DNA from: Antedon mediterranea
Taxonomy: Eukaryota; Animalia; Echinodermata
Length of the DNA: 64,000 nt
Direction of reading: 5' to 3'
NCBI RefSeq assembly: GCF_964355755.1
Contig: NC_092673.1
Span: 20,147,648-20,211,647 of the forward strand
The first letter of the stretch is position 1; each line of letters starts with the position of its first letter. Below, piece by piece: positions 11,775 to 24,447 of this stretch. The position numbers and the translations under genes were made by a program. A model generated the notes under the pieces. The model saw nothing but the letters and a program-made list of their open reading frames with translations, did no database searches and was not told the DNA's origin.

Positions 11775-12208
11775 CGAATTATTAATTCGAAATTTCGAAT
11801 TATTAATTCGAAATAACGAATTAAAAATTTGAATTAACGAATTACTAATTTGAAATTTTGAATTACTAATTTGAAATTTCGAATTATTAATTCGAAATAA
11901 CGAATTACTAATTCGAAATTTCGAATTATTAATTCGAAATAACGAATTACTAATTCGAAATTTCGAATTACTAATTCGAAATTTCGAATTATGAATTCGA
12001 AATAACGAATTACTAATTCGAAATTTCGAATTAATAATTCGAAATTTCGAATTAATAATTTGAAATAACGAAATAAATAATTTGAAATTTCGAATTAATA
12101 ATTCGAAATTTCGAATTATTAATTCGAAATTTCAAATTACTTAAATAAATTCGAAATAACGAATTAATAATTCGAAAAAACGAATTAATAATTCGTTATT
12201 TCGAATTT
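11775..12208. repeat. Subterminal palindromic ~21-bp tandem repeat of the right arm
   Basis: Reverse-complement counterpart of 6408-6892 with fewer units. Confidence 0.9.
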
Positions 12209-12260
12209 GTGAAAGCAATATTATTTTTTTGTTGGCCCTAATAGGCTTTCGTACCTTTAG

Positions 12261-12322
12261 GTGGTGTTACTGAACTAGTACAATCACTCGACGAATCGGA
12301 CGCAGCATCAACTATAACCGAT
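12261..12322 (+). pseudogene. Truncated relic of the copy-A-type EAR exon (GGVTELVQSLDESDAAST)
   Basis: TTTAG|GTGGTGTTACTGAACTAGTACAATCACTCGACGAATCG matches 1174-1210; followed by one partial unit of the 36-bp repeat (~12327-12347). Confidence 0.8.
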
Positions 12323-12807
12323 ATACAGCATTATCTAATGAATAATTTATTTGCGATAATCACCATATGTTGTTTTATGTTTATCTTCATTATAAATAAA
12401 TATTTATTGTAAACATAGTTTATAGCATGTAGATTTAAAACAAGGCCATAAACATGGCTGCAGTTGCGTACTCAAGTTAGTGTTTACCGACCGACCAACC
12501 ATCCGACCGACATAGTGAGCGACTAAAAAGGTTTGTTTTAATGGTTATAAAATAGAGGCATATTGTATAAAGGTTTGTGCAGTCATTTAGTTACGTTAGA
12601 GTAAAGTCACAGTCACGAAAACGGTCAGTGTGTAGCTAGATATACAGACGCTTGCTAATTATATAGTATATATATTTAATGGTTTGTAAAGAAACACTGC
12701 AGTTTAAAGACAATTTGTTAAGAACTTAATGCCAAAAGGAACAAAAGATGTTCGAAACCAAGATATTTCAACTTGCAGTCTCGTGTCTTGTTCTACTGCC
12801 GTTAACT

Positions 12808-14992
12808 CAGTGGGACAGCCAGTCGACAAATCGTGTCAAATTTCGACTCGGAGAGGGCGCCCTACTTTTCTAATTTAGTTCAAAATTGCTAAATTTTAGG
12901 GTGTTGGAAAAACACAATATTTGTAAATTTAGCTGATTATTGGAAAAATATTGTTAGTGAAATAAATTCATAAATGGTTTTAATATATTGTCATGTAAAA
13001 TTAAATGTATTTGAACAAAACGATAATCTGTAATTTAACGGCAAAATCAACCAATGTCTTTTTTTCGGAATTGTACCCTAGAAAATCATTAAAATAAAAT
13101 ATTTAGAAAAATTGAACAGTCCTGAATTTAAAATCCCTGTTAGAAAAATTAATAATCTACAGAATACGATATTAAGATACAAAATTCGGTGGTTGGGATG
13201 CAGCTCCGACTATTCAAACTAAAGGTACCACTATTTGTTCCATCGAAAACTAGCGAAACCGCCATTTTGTAAACACATCGTCATCGTGTTTATGAATTTA
13301 TTTATATCGAACGATATACGCGATGTTTATAATTGTCCGCGTATAAGAATTCATATAAATAAATACATTCCAATACAACGTATATTATTACTTGTTTATT
13401 TATCACAGTATACATTTTAGTTGAGGAATATTTATCATAACTATTATAATAGCTTTTATACGAGTCCGAGGCCTAGCCCTATTTAGCGACCGATTGTTCC
13501 AGGGGCGGAAAGTCACTTAGTGACGTTGTGATCGGGCGCGTCGGGCCTAGCTAATATTAATAATATGACCTGAAATAAGCGGTTAACAAGAACTGTTATA
13601 TACTTGCTTACAATTGTTTTGTTATTGATGAACAATCAAGCAATTAGATTGAATAACAAATTATTTATTCATTTTTTTTTGGGTAAAAACATGTACAAAC
13701 TAGCCTAAGAGTACTGTATAATATAAATTATAATAATAGTAATATTAAACTAATACAGTATTAATAAAATATGAAATAGGCCTAACATACAATAAATATT
13801 CAATTTTTAAGATCTACCACATGACAATAACATAATTTACAGAGTATAGTGTAGTAGGTTTGCATTCAACATAAATATTTGTATTGTAATTCATCTAAAT
13901 CCTCTGCAACATACATATATATTTGTAATTCAACATTTTGTTTTAAATAATTAAATTATAGTTTGGGTATGACAATGTCGGTAGGTACCGGTGTCATCTT
14001 TTTATCCACTTCACTCTCAGTTTGAAGTCACAAAGACAAAGAACTCTGCATCATCAACGATTCCTGAAAGTGTCAGAAAAAATAATAAATATTATTTAAA
14101 AAAAATGTTAATGTCTGGTTGTATATATAATTATAATTTTATATGATGACATAAAAGTAAGGCAAATGGAAGCTGTATTTTATTAATTAAATTACAGTAT
14201 TTACTATTATTATTTATATAATCTAGGCCTACTAGTACTAGTAGCCTGCTAGGCATCTATTGAGCCTAATAAATCAAATAATAAATGAAAAATAAAATAA
14301 TAATATTAATACTGATTGAAAAAAAGTATTTTTTTTTTTGCTGGGATCAGATCACCAGGCTAGGCCGGCCAGGACCAATGATACTCGTAATCAGTACAAC
14401 TTAACGACTATCGGATCAGCATCAACACAGTACAACACACGTCTCGCTATCGCCTATACTGACACACGTGTCTCGCGTTGCCGAAACCACGCTCACAGCT
14501 AGAAAATGTACCTACCTTTCGAGGCCTGAGAATACACCAACAAATTTTGAACAGGATAGAAATATATCATACTCGATTAAACTAATATTATTCTTGATAA
14601 AACAATTGATTATAATTGTTTTAATTTGTTGGGATGCACCTCCGACTATTCAGAAAATGGACAACAAAACAGTAGTAAAATCGTACCACATTTATAAATT
14701 TCACGAGTCCCGACTTCAGTCGCCGAATGTATTGTATTAGCTTCGGTTTCTTTGAAGGAAACCGATTGGTTATTCAATAATACTTATTAGGAAATGCTTT
14801 TACCATAATAGGTAATGTTGGGCGGTTCTTAAATGTTCATGAGAGCTTAAAATAAAACAGCACTTATTTGCTAGGCGACGAAAAATCGTGGTTTCAGTTT
14901 TCAACGATAGGTGGCGCTTCAAAATCGTCAATGCGGAAGTAAGTCGATTTTACACGATTTAACGGTCAAAACGCGAAGTGGCTTTCCCACTG
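12808..14992. mobile_element. Non-autonomous DNA transposon with 4-bp TSD (superfamily unassigned) inside exon 1 of copy B
   Basis: TIR CAGTGGGACAGCCA / TGGCTTTCCCACTG; TSD AACT at 12804-12807 and 14993-14996; removing it restores the signal-peptide frame. Confidence 0.85.
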
Positions 14993-16914
14993 AACTAATT
15001 GTTACGCGTATGTGGAATGTGATATCAAGCCACCAGAACCGTCACCTTCTCACTTCTACGGACACGCTAACACAGCAATGTCAAACGAACTTGGCAACTA
15101 CAAGGCAACCCAATACGAGTGTATGCAGCTTTGTCGAAAGGACGCACGTTGCCTAGCTTTTACGTACGCTGCTGATACGCAAGGGTGAGCGACGTTTGAT
15201 CGGGATAGCGTCACTGGACCGGAACACATGGAGACGGTATCTGGTGTCTGGTTCTATGACATGCGACGAAAAAGAAAAGATTTTACTCGGGTAAGTTTAA
15301 AATGGAGTTTTCTCTTTCTACTTTTTAACTCCGGTTCCCAGTCCGAAAATATTTAATGGATGCCCAACCCCATGTTTTTAAGTTTGTTGTGCGCTTTCTA
15401 ATTTTGTAAATCTTACGATTTCCTTGGGATGCTGAGGCGAAAATGTTAGAATTTGTTTATTGGTTATAGAATTACATTGGGGCATGCCAAGCAAAAAACA
15501 AATGCGTCAACGGAGGCTTGTGTGTCAATGACTTTTCAGAACTGGGATACACCTGTGTATGTCCAACAGATTTTTACGGGAAGTTTTGTGAAAACAGTAA
15601 GTACAGTCCATAGTCTTCTCTTGCCTAAAGCTCTGTCTACACTAATATGGTAGTGATATACCCAAATATGGTAGTGATATGATATCATAATGAATGGGCA
15701 TATCACATTTTTTTCACATAAAGTTTTATAGTGTAGACAGAATAATAACCTGTTTTCTACTAGGCGAATTTAGTCACGTGTATGCAATCGTTTCGCAGAG
15801 ATATCACGCTACCCTTTTCTAGTAGACGCTTCTTTCCGCGTGAATATAATCGCCAAGCGGAAAACAGGCTTAAATGGTCTTTTAAACTTGTTTTCACGTC
15901 CGGCGCTCCACGCGGCTATGCACCAATCGATATGCGCATAGCAACGAAACATTGACGTTCGATAAAACATTATTTTTTAAAGTTTTTTTAATCATTAATT
16001 CTGTACTTTGGATATCAAACAGAAATCGAAGAAATTAGACCCTATCTATCACCTTGTTTATTAAATTTACAGTTGGTTATGCAGACCATTCTTATTTAGG
16101 CCGTGTATGATTTTAGCAGAGTTAAGCTCTCTGACACTTTAGATTGAATCTTTCAGAATTTATCCACGACTATGAGTTTAAATCAAACATTGTTGGTATA
16201 TCATCAGCAAGCAATACGGCGTTCACACACAAGAACAAACATTATCTTGTGATTGGCGGATTGTAAGTATCTTGAACTCGGACAAAAGGAATAAAATAAC
16301 AAGTAAAACAAAGACCCAACGCTATTCTTTAGGGCTATACTGTGTAACCTCTATTGTCATGCAAAGATGAGGAATGGTTCTCTCGAAACTCAAATTCAAG
16401 ACAGTTTTTAATTAAACGCCTTTTTATACTATTATTCTTATCCGTAATTTTGTTTAATGATTATAATTATTTTATTACGTGAAATCATTCAAACGCCTTG
16501 GTTCCCATTTGCGTCCAACACAAAGACGTAGACGCAACGTAATTGATTTGACCAATCACAAGCGATGGATTGTACGAACTGTCTTTTGCCATTGGTCAAT
16601 TGGCTTGCGTTGCGTATTATGTCCTTGCATTATAAGGGAACGGTCTGGAAACATTTGGAGTATTGAGGCGAGGTATTTTTTTGTCTACATTTCAGTGATG
16701 GTTCTTGTGGAACTCCAATATACAGATACAACAATTCTAATAAACTGTATGAACATTACCAAGATTTGACTGGAACAAGTGATGTACGAAAAGTTGAGAA
16801 TTTTATAATAAATGAACAACTCTATATTTTGTTTGTTGCGGACAGCAGAATAGTTTACGTCTACACATTTAACTCACATACAGGTAAGGGTACTCTACTA
16901 ATTATTCTATATTG

Positions 16915-16969
16915 GTTGATTGATATCGATTTATTGATTGGCATTAATTGATTGATATTGATTTATTGA

Positions 16970-17012
<43 letters not shown>

Positions 17013-17140
17013 ATTGATTGATTGATTGATTGATATTGATTGATTGATTGATTGATTGATAGATATTGATTGATTGATTGATATTGATTTATTGATTGAT
17101 ATTTATTGATATTGATTGATTGATGTTGATTAATTGATTG
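16915..17140. repeat. (ATTG)n microsatellite
   Basis: Directly visible. Confidence 0.95.
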
Positions 17141-17290
17141 TCCTGTCCGTCTCGATTTCTTGATTTTTACTTGCTGTATGTTTTGCTCTCCAATCCATTT
17201 TTCGTTTTTCTGTCCAACTTATTCTGAAACATCCATCTTCCCACACTACTTTAATTTCTGTTCTATAAAAATATGTAATTCTATTTGTTT

Positions 17291-18573
17291 CAGTGGCGTA
17301 TCCAGTAGGGGGGCCGGGGGGGCCCGGGCCCCCCCTGATTTCGTTTCCGTCGGCACATCATCGCGGCCGTCGGCAAACAAAGGTGCCGGGGAAAAAAATA
17401 AACTATTTATTCTGACAATAATTGAACTGTAAACATAATTCTTTTGAGTGTTTGTTTATTTACATATCATATCATCATTGATCCCTTCAGATCAACTATT
17501 TTTTATTTTCATTACATCTAACGAAACACGTTAAAAATGTGTAGCACGTACGTACGGCCGTACGCGGTAGATTGTTTACTCAAAAGTCTTTGACCTTACC
17601 CTAAAACCTTGTTTTTGCATGCAGTTGAGCCTCTCATGACCTGAGATTTGTATGTCTTCCTACGCTAAGAGATTATATAGTTCCACATGCCATGTGCTTT
17701 TTTGTCTAAGATATATTTATTATAAGTGCCAAAAACCCGGTTTTTTTTCTCGATATGAGGCCTTTATTATTCAAAATTTTTAAAGAAAAAGCACATATAC
17801 CATAAGAAATATCCATGTATTTCATTTTTGGAACAGATTATTCCGTGAGGCTCAACCAGGGAGTTGAAAATAACAACTCCCTGGCTCAACTACAAAACCA
17901 CCATTTTGTGATATGATGTCATCGTAAGCCAATCAAAGCTGAGCTTTCTCGCGATTGGCATTGCTCACGGTTGAATGATTTAGGATTCTAGCTGATTTGA
18001 TTGGTGGATGCGAATCACCCGCAGCGGAATGTTTTCTCTCGCGCGTGTACCATGAATCTCTCTGATCGTTACTACACAAAGTTAGAGCAATGAATTTGTC
18101 CGAATTCCGTTAAGTAAACAACTTTATATATTTTATAAGCATTTAATAACATGTTTTATTGATATTTCCAATGGTGATATATAAAATAAATTACTAAAAA
18201 ACGTAATTATATGTAATTATTTTAACCAAAAATGGCGTAGTTAATAGAATTTTCGACTGAGGCCGCAAATTGTTTTACTTCTTTCGTGGCTAAAAACGAT
18301 CATTTTCGGCGATGTTTTAGACCCTATATTTCGAAAACTACAAGTCAGATTTTCCTAATTCTTTCTTTATTGTAATATGAATACAACATACTAACAGATA
18401 ATGTTGGTTTGGTGTTAATTTTGCATCGTTATCCCATATAAGACAATATGACTATGTAATCCTAGAACATATATTGATCAGAGACGTCGTGTATGTACAG
18501 ATAATGACACCAATTTTGTCGGCAAATTGGCAATTCCCGGCCCCCCAACTTCAAAATCCTGGATACGCCATTG
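17291..18573. mobile_element. hAT-like non-autonomous element
   Basis: TIR CAGTGGCGTATCCAG / CTGGATACGCCATTG with GC-rich subterminal palindromes; no clear TSD; ends 6 nt before the exon at 18580. Confidence 0.7.
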
Positions 18574-19727
18574 TTTTAGGTTTTTTTGAACAACATCAGG
18601 CGATGGCAACACATGGCGCATGTGATGCATCGTATTTAGAATTGACTACAAATCATTATTTACTTGTGACTAACGAAACATCATACGAAGTGAACTCAAC
18701 GGTGTATAAATGGAATTTTACCAGTAACCTATTCGTGGAGTATGCTCAGCTACCAAGTCATGGGTCTGTGAGTGGTAAACTATTCTCAGTCGATGGTATA
18801 ATGTACGCGGCAATAGCAAATATAAACGGAACAGCAGCAGCAGCAGCTCCAGAGGTTTGGAAAATAAAAGAAAACTGTAAGTGATATAATGTTGATAATT
18901 TTATTTCCTTTCAGTTACATTATCATATAATGTACCTCATTTACGATGAAATATATAGCTTGTCTCTTATCTGTGAATGTCTGTAAGGTGATGGTTAGTG
19001 GTGTTGCGCATTGACGCCATATGGTGCTTACGCGAGGCAAGGTATCATACATTATCAGTGAAAAATGCTAATTTATCGATTCAAATACAGGATATGTTTT
19101 TTATAGTTAATACAGATTTCAATAATGGTTTTAATGAATGGACTCAAGAAAATGATACGTCATCAATGGGTAAGTGCGTACAGGTTTGAGATTGTTATAG
19201 AAACGTATTGTAGTGATCCATCCTAGAGTTCCTTGAGATCTAATGAATACACTAAAACCATGGAGAAATAAGAGTTTGGTTGCAAAAGAAACAATTCCGG
19301 TTCATTGAGATATAATGAATGTACTAAAACTAATTCTATTTTAATACAGTAAAATATTTTTAAAGACCCATTGCCTACAAGTTGTGACTTTTTGTAAAAA
19401 TAATGCATATATATATACTTTAAAATCATTAAACCAGGTCATTCCTTGTCTTAATTGTACGTTTTATGGTATGATAAGAAGAGAGAAACAATGCACTACC
19501 CAAGTAGATCGCGGTAAATGTTCTCTCGTGGACGGTCTTTAGGCATAGCCTAGCTAGGCTTGTTTTGTAGGCCTAGCGGTTAATTGCGGTTTTCTCTTCG
19601 CATCGTAGTACTTCAACTACACAACGAAGCCATTTGGTGGATAATCAACGCTTTATTAGTCTACGGTTTCAGCAAGGTAAGCGTATTTGACTTCTCACAC
19701 CTGAAACCAGGAAAAAATGTACATATT

Positions 19728-19862
19728 GAGATTGGATGTAGAGTCCCCCAGGGTAGCCTTTTGGGTCCTCTCTTGTTTCTTATTTACGTGAATGACCTAC
19801 CATCTAGTATCGAAAGTGATTGTAAAGTTGTTTTGTACGCTGACGATTGTGCAATTTTTTAC
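19728..19862 (+). mobile_element. CR1/L2-group LINE reverse transcriptase fragment
   Basis: [29 protein letters not shown] motif. Confidence 0.88.
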
Positions 19863-20807
19863 AACAGTACTATATACCTTTTTTACTTGGCAAAATAGAA
19901 TCTTGCTTAAGTTGCTAATAAGTATAAGTATAGTACTTACTCTGTTCACACGATGCGTCCACAATGTATCGTCTTGAATGTTTTGGTGTTAATAGGTATA
20001 GGCCTATCACTTACAGAACACGCTTTAAATGTATTCATTGGTGACGCCACAAAACTCTACATTAAATCTGATATAGTGCAATCCATTTAGTGGTGGTTTG
20101 AATTTTATAATAGCGGAATAAACATACAACTACAGATCTGAAAAAAAAAATGTCAGTTTTTTTTTCTAAAGCGATATAGGCTAACTGTAGGAACTGTAGT
20201 CGTAATCAAAAAACCATCTACCTATCATAAAGATCAGATTTCATATTAAAGTATCGTTGTGTGTTTGCTGCGTCAATTTTTTTTTTCAATTTCCCTTTTT
20301 TATTTTTATGAACATTTTTCTTTTATTTCAAACAGATTTCCAAACTGGTTTTGATGGTTGGACTCAAGGATATAATTGGACACGGGGATATGGTTCAACA
20401 AACACTGAACCTGCAAACGGTCATTCGGGGAATACAAGTAAGTGTATATAGGTACATGTAATAATGTTATTGATGCAGTTGAATATTAGACTAAATTTCT
20501 GCAAGATCAGAAATGTATATGAAGTTATAATGTTTAATTTTTACATAGATGATTATTATGCTTACATTGAAACATCACCTGTAAGTGCTGAAAGGTCAGC
20601 TCGCCTAAAAAGTCCGGTTCTGCCAAAAAGCCAATATGTGTATTTATCATTTTACTACCACATGTACGGCGGAGCTACTATTGGAACACTTAAGGTTTAC
20701 AGAAAAAAAAACGTTAGGAACAGACTGTTATGGACAAGAAGCGGTAACCAAGGAGATGCATGGTATTACGCTGCAGTACAATTTGAGTAAACTAGTGATG
20801 GAGACAA

Positions 20808-22131
20808 CAGGGGCGCAGCCAGTGGGGGGGTCACGGGGGTCCTGACCCCCCCTTTTTTTTAGAAAAAATAAATAAAAACATGAGACAACAATACAGATCA
20901 AATCATCCTGGAGATACTGTGGAAGATTACTACCGAGCAGTATTACCAAATCAACTTCTTGATTACACAAACCGAGTTAAAAAACCCGTTTTTCTGCCGA
21001 TAACAGGCCATGCTTCAAAATATTTGGCGTAGCACCCGAGTCTATCGTGAAGTGTAATGTTGAAGAAGTCTTCAAGGAACTTGAATTTGGTACGATGATC
21101 TGCCAAGACACGAACATCTTCATTCCGAGCTTCAGTGATGGAAGCGACTGTGTAAAATTAGCGGATCCAGATGTGTTCCCGAATGTGTGTGCACTTCTTC
21201 TAATCGCGTAGGCCTATGCCCGTAACGTCTGCTTAAGCTGAGCGGAGTTTTTCGACTTTATGAAGAACGAAAACCTGTTTGGGAAATCACATGTCTTATG
21301 AGCAGCTTTCGGGATTGTGCCTCATGAACATACACTTTAACATGAACATTAATACAGAGAATGTCATTCGCGAATTCTGTCTCCAAGCCAAGAAGAATGT
21401 TCCAAACTTATGTTTAAAGATGCATCACGCGATGTCAAGAGCGCCGTTATAGTAACTAACGTAAAATGTATGATAATAATTTAGAAGTTAGTTATTACAA
21501 TTATGTATAAGCTATCACCTATACTATACATTCGAACAAAATAGGTATATTTTTAAACAAAATATTGTATGTACTGGGTATGATAAGCGTCTCACATACA
21601 CACGGAGCCAAGATAGCTTCTTGGACTTGCATAGTGTATGAACTCTAACATTACGGTTCTCATTTAATAATATCACTCCCTCCATGCTATCATTCTAATT
21701 TCTTTTTTCAAACTTTTGCATCTCACGTTCATTTCATGCAACTTTTGTATTGGTGAAAAGGGAAGAATTCAAATAATTCCTCCTGAGTTTACAGCCTCTC
21801 TACACAAATCAACAAACAAGCAAGAAAAAAAGTGTTTGTCTGTGGCAGCCTGGAATATAAAAATGTTCTGTAATGAAAATGAGAGTTGTTTTTTGTTTTC
21901 TTTGTTTCAGTTTATTAGTGTTAACATTGTCATATTTGTGTGTGCGTAAACCGATTCAAATGATCTAGATTGCCCTAGACCGCCAAAGCTTCCAGGGGGC
22001 TTCGCCCCCTGGACCCCAACCGGGGGCCCTTGGCGGCCCCCTGGCCCCCAGCCCATGGTTGCTCGCTTCGCTCGCAAAATACTCACATATTGGTTGACCC
22101 CCCCTTTAATTCTTTGCTGGCTGCGCCCCTG
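20808..22131 (+). mobile_element. Internally deleted hAT element with 5-bp TSD (hAT5-like) inside the MAM exon of copy B
   Basis: TIR CAGGGGCGCAGCCAG / CTGGCTGCGCCCCTG; GACAA on both flanks; decayed hAT dimerisation domain FPNVCALLLIA..PVTSA*AERSFSTL*RTKT..LSGLCLMNIH at ~21170-21390. Confidence 0.85.
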
Positions 22132-24367
22132 GACAACTACATTGTGTTTGAAGGCATTAGTGATATTGCAATTGATGACATTCAATATTGCTGCAGTAGT
22201 ATGTATACTTTAAAATGTTGTTAGTTAGGATTAATTATACAGTACTGTGGGCCTAACTATCCTGCATATTATCGTACTTAGATTTCCTAAAACATTTGTA
22301 TTTTTATTGTACGAAATTTTAATATTAATTATTTCTTTCTGTACAGATTTTGTTGCCCGTTTATCTAAAAAAGTTGAATCTGAATAATTTTCAAAATTTC
22401 CAAATGTATTTACATAATAAAATCTGGCCATAGATTGAGCGGTGTCACTCAATCAACCAACCGTGACGTCATGAAATACGCCATTTTGTGAATTCACCGT
22501 TTCAATTATATATCCATAACCACTTGTCAGATTTATAAATAAAATTCACTACGAGTAAACTTCAGATTAATGTTCAACATATACCCACAACAAATGTACG
22601 TATACGCAAGATAATTGGTGAGCAATCGCAAATCAACATTTTGTTTAAATGCTCAAAATCAATTTTTAGCGTTTGAATTTGTTCGCGTCGCGCAAACATT
22701 TTCTTTGCGGACAACATAGATGTAAATCAAAAATAATTATTATACATGCTATTTGTTCTTCAGCCCTATAGTCATATATTCCTATATATAATTTTCATGA
22801 AGAGAAAATGTGAATAAAAGGCACATGTAAAATCGTGCGCTCACAAATAGGCAATTGAATGCAAATTTATATAAAACATACCTATTTTGAATAGCTCTTC
22901 AGAATGAATGGTGACCCACAATAATGTTTTAAACTTATTTAAAAATCCAGGTCATATGATGTCACATAGATTAATGTACGTGTAAGATCACTTAGAATTA
23001 AATTCTAGTTATTACTCTAATTTGTAAACTGTTTTAATTTTGTTACTCACTAGGCGCTTTCTGGGCAACTGGAATCGAGACATTCACAAATGGTGGCGAT
23101 ACTTACTTAGTAGCTGTGAATCCATTGGAATGTGCACATACCATAATGGTGTATAGATGGGATAAGATGTCTGAAGAATTTAAAATTCATCAACATATTC
23201 CTGTGGAACATTGTCCCACGAAATCTACGATTTTCAAAGTAAGTACCACCCCTGTGAATCAGTCTCCTCATTTTCACACTACTACAAAATTACATGGCAA
23301 AATAACATTGAAATACACTACTTGTTTTCTGGAAATTGAAAAATTGACCGAATAAAATGGTTCAATATAATAATTATTCTAATGTTGAAATTTCTGATGT
23401 AAAAAAAGTTTAAAACGTGTTACTTTCTCTGATTGATGATCTTTGTGACTTTTTGCAGTTTTTTCTAGATCTGTATTAAGTATTATATAACAACTAAATA
23501 AATTCCTGTCATTTGATTGGAGAATTGTGGGTCACATGGCGTGCAATAAAACGAACTATTAAACAATCGTTTAATAGTACTTTTTTTCGTGTACGAAAAA
23601 AAATCTAGGCCTTTAGGTATTAGGCCTAGGCATTTTAGCCTTGCTAATTCAAAGACAAGCACCTATTTAGATATTTTTGATTCACAACTAATGAATGTTT
23701 TATATTCGTGTAATAGTACAAATAATTGCATTTGGTGAATGATTATATATCAACTGGCTTCGCCTCGTTGAAAAAAATAACCTTTTCATCCTTCACCTCA
23801 TGCCATTGTTTATACCATTACGCTAAACAACATTCATTATTTGTATATTTTATATTGTGTTCTATGTCAATGAAGATGTTTTCTATATTTACAGGTTGGC
23901 GGAGAAGTATTTATGATAATAACCACAAGCAGAACGGAATCACGTGATGCTGATGACAATTTTGAACTCTATACTCCATCATCACCAATAATTAAATTAG
24001 AATGGAGTATGTTCGTAAGTTACGGAGCCATACCATCACACGAATGTTATGATATAACATTTTTTGAGCGAGATGGGGAGTACTTTTTAGGTCAGTCGAA
24101 TCAACGAAATGGCAATGATGGAAGCAAAACTGATCCAAGTTTTAACATATACCAATGGGTGTAGAAGACTACGATGTCAAGTCTGTGATTTACTGAGTTA
24201 AGTCATAGCACTCACAATATTACTGTACTGATCCTAACTAATGATTTCAAAACTTGCACTAATTTCTGTAATCGCACGATTGTTTTTCGTTTCTTGAAAG
24301 TATCTTGTTGTGATGGCACTAGTTACAATCCATTATGCGTGATTGACTAATAAAATTAAGTAATGCT

Positions 24368-24368
<1 letters not shown>

Positions 24369-24401
<33 letters not shown>

Positions 24402-24447
24402 GATTTTTATAGCGCACATACCACTCCAGAGTGCTCAAGGCGCATTT
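24369..24447 (-). mobile_element. 3' tail of an L2-type LINE or SINE with (TAT)n
   Basis: Reverse strand reads TAAATGCGCCTTGAGCACTC..GCGCTATAAAAATCT(TAT)n, like the tail at ~3035-3095. Confidence 0.65.

Larger units (their letters stand above)
6351..12253. mobile_element. IS3EU-like composite DNA transposon with ~1.4-kb inverted arms (6351-7827 and 10845-12253)
   Basis: Termini TACGAAAGCC...GGCTTTCGTA; perfect 6-bp TSD CCTTTA (6345-6350, 12254-12259); both arms encode the same integrase-core DDE transposase exon. TAY..RTA ends with a 6-bp TSD fit the IS3EU superfamily. Confidence 0.8.
12748..24164 (+). pseudogene. Copy B: signal peptide-PAN-EGF-EAR(4)-MAM-EAR(3). Exons 12748-12807+14997-15290, 15470-15596, 16157-16262, 16696-16883, 18580-18876, (19116-19169), 20336-20437, 20549-20807+~22137-22200, 23054-23238, 23895-24164
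   Basis: Reconstructed start MFETKIFQLAVSCLVLLPLTNCYA; PAN ECMQLCRKDARCLAFTY; EGF CVNGGLCVND..YTCVCPTDFYGKFCE; MAM ARLKSP..LSFYYHMYGG..GNQGDAW..DIAIDDI. Lesions: transposon in the signal peptide, TGA at 15186-15188, TAA at 20788-20790, hAT inside the MAM exon. Confidence 0.85.

Noticed and set aside
6351-12253. Inverted duplication as a pure assembly artefact
   Set aside because: The arms differ by indels, substitutions and repeat-unit number and share one TSD; a read check is still advisable.
548-24164. Assigning TSPEAR or LGI gene symbols
   Set aside because: Only the EAR repeats are shared; no laminin-G/TSPN or LRR domain is present.
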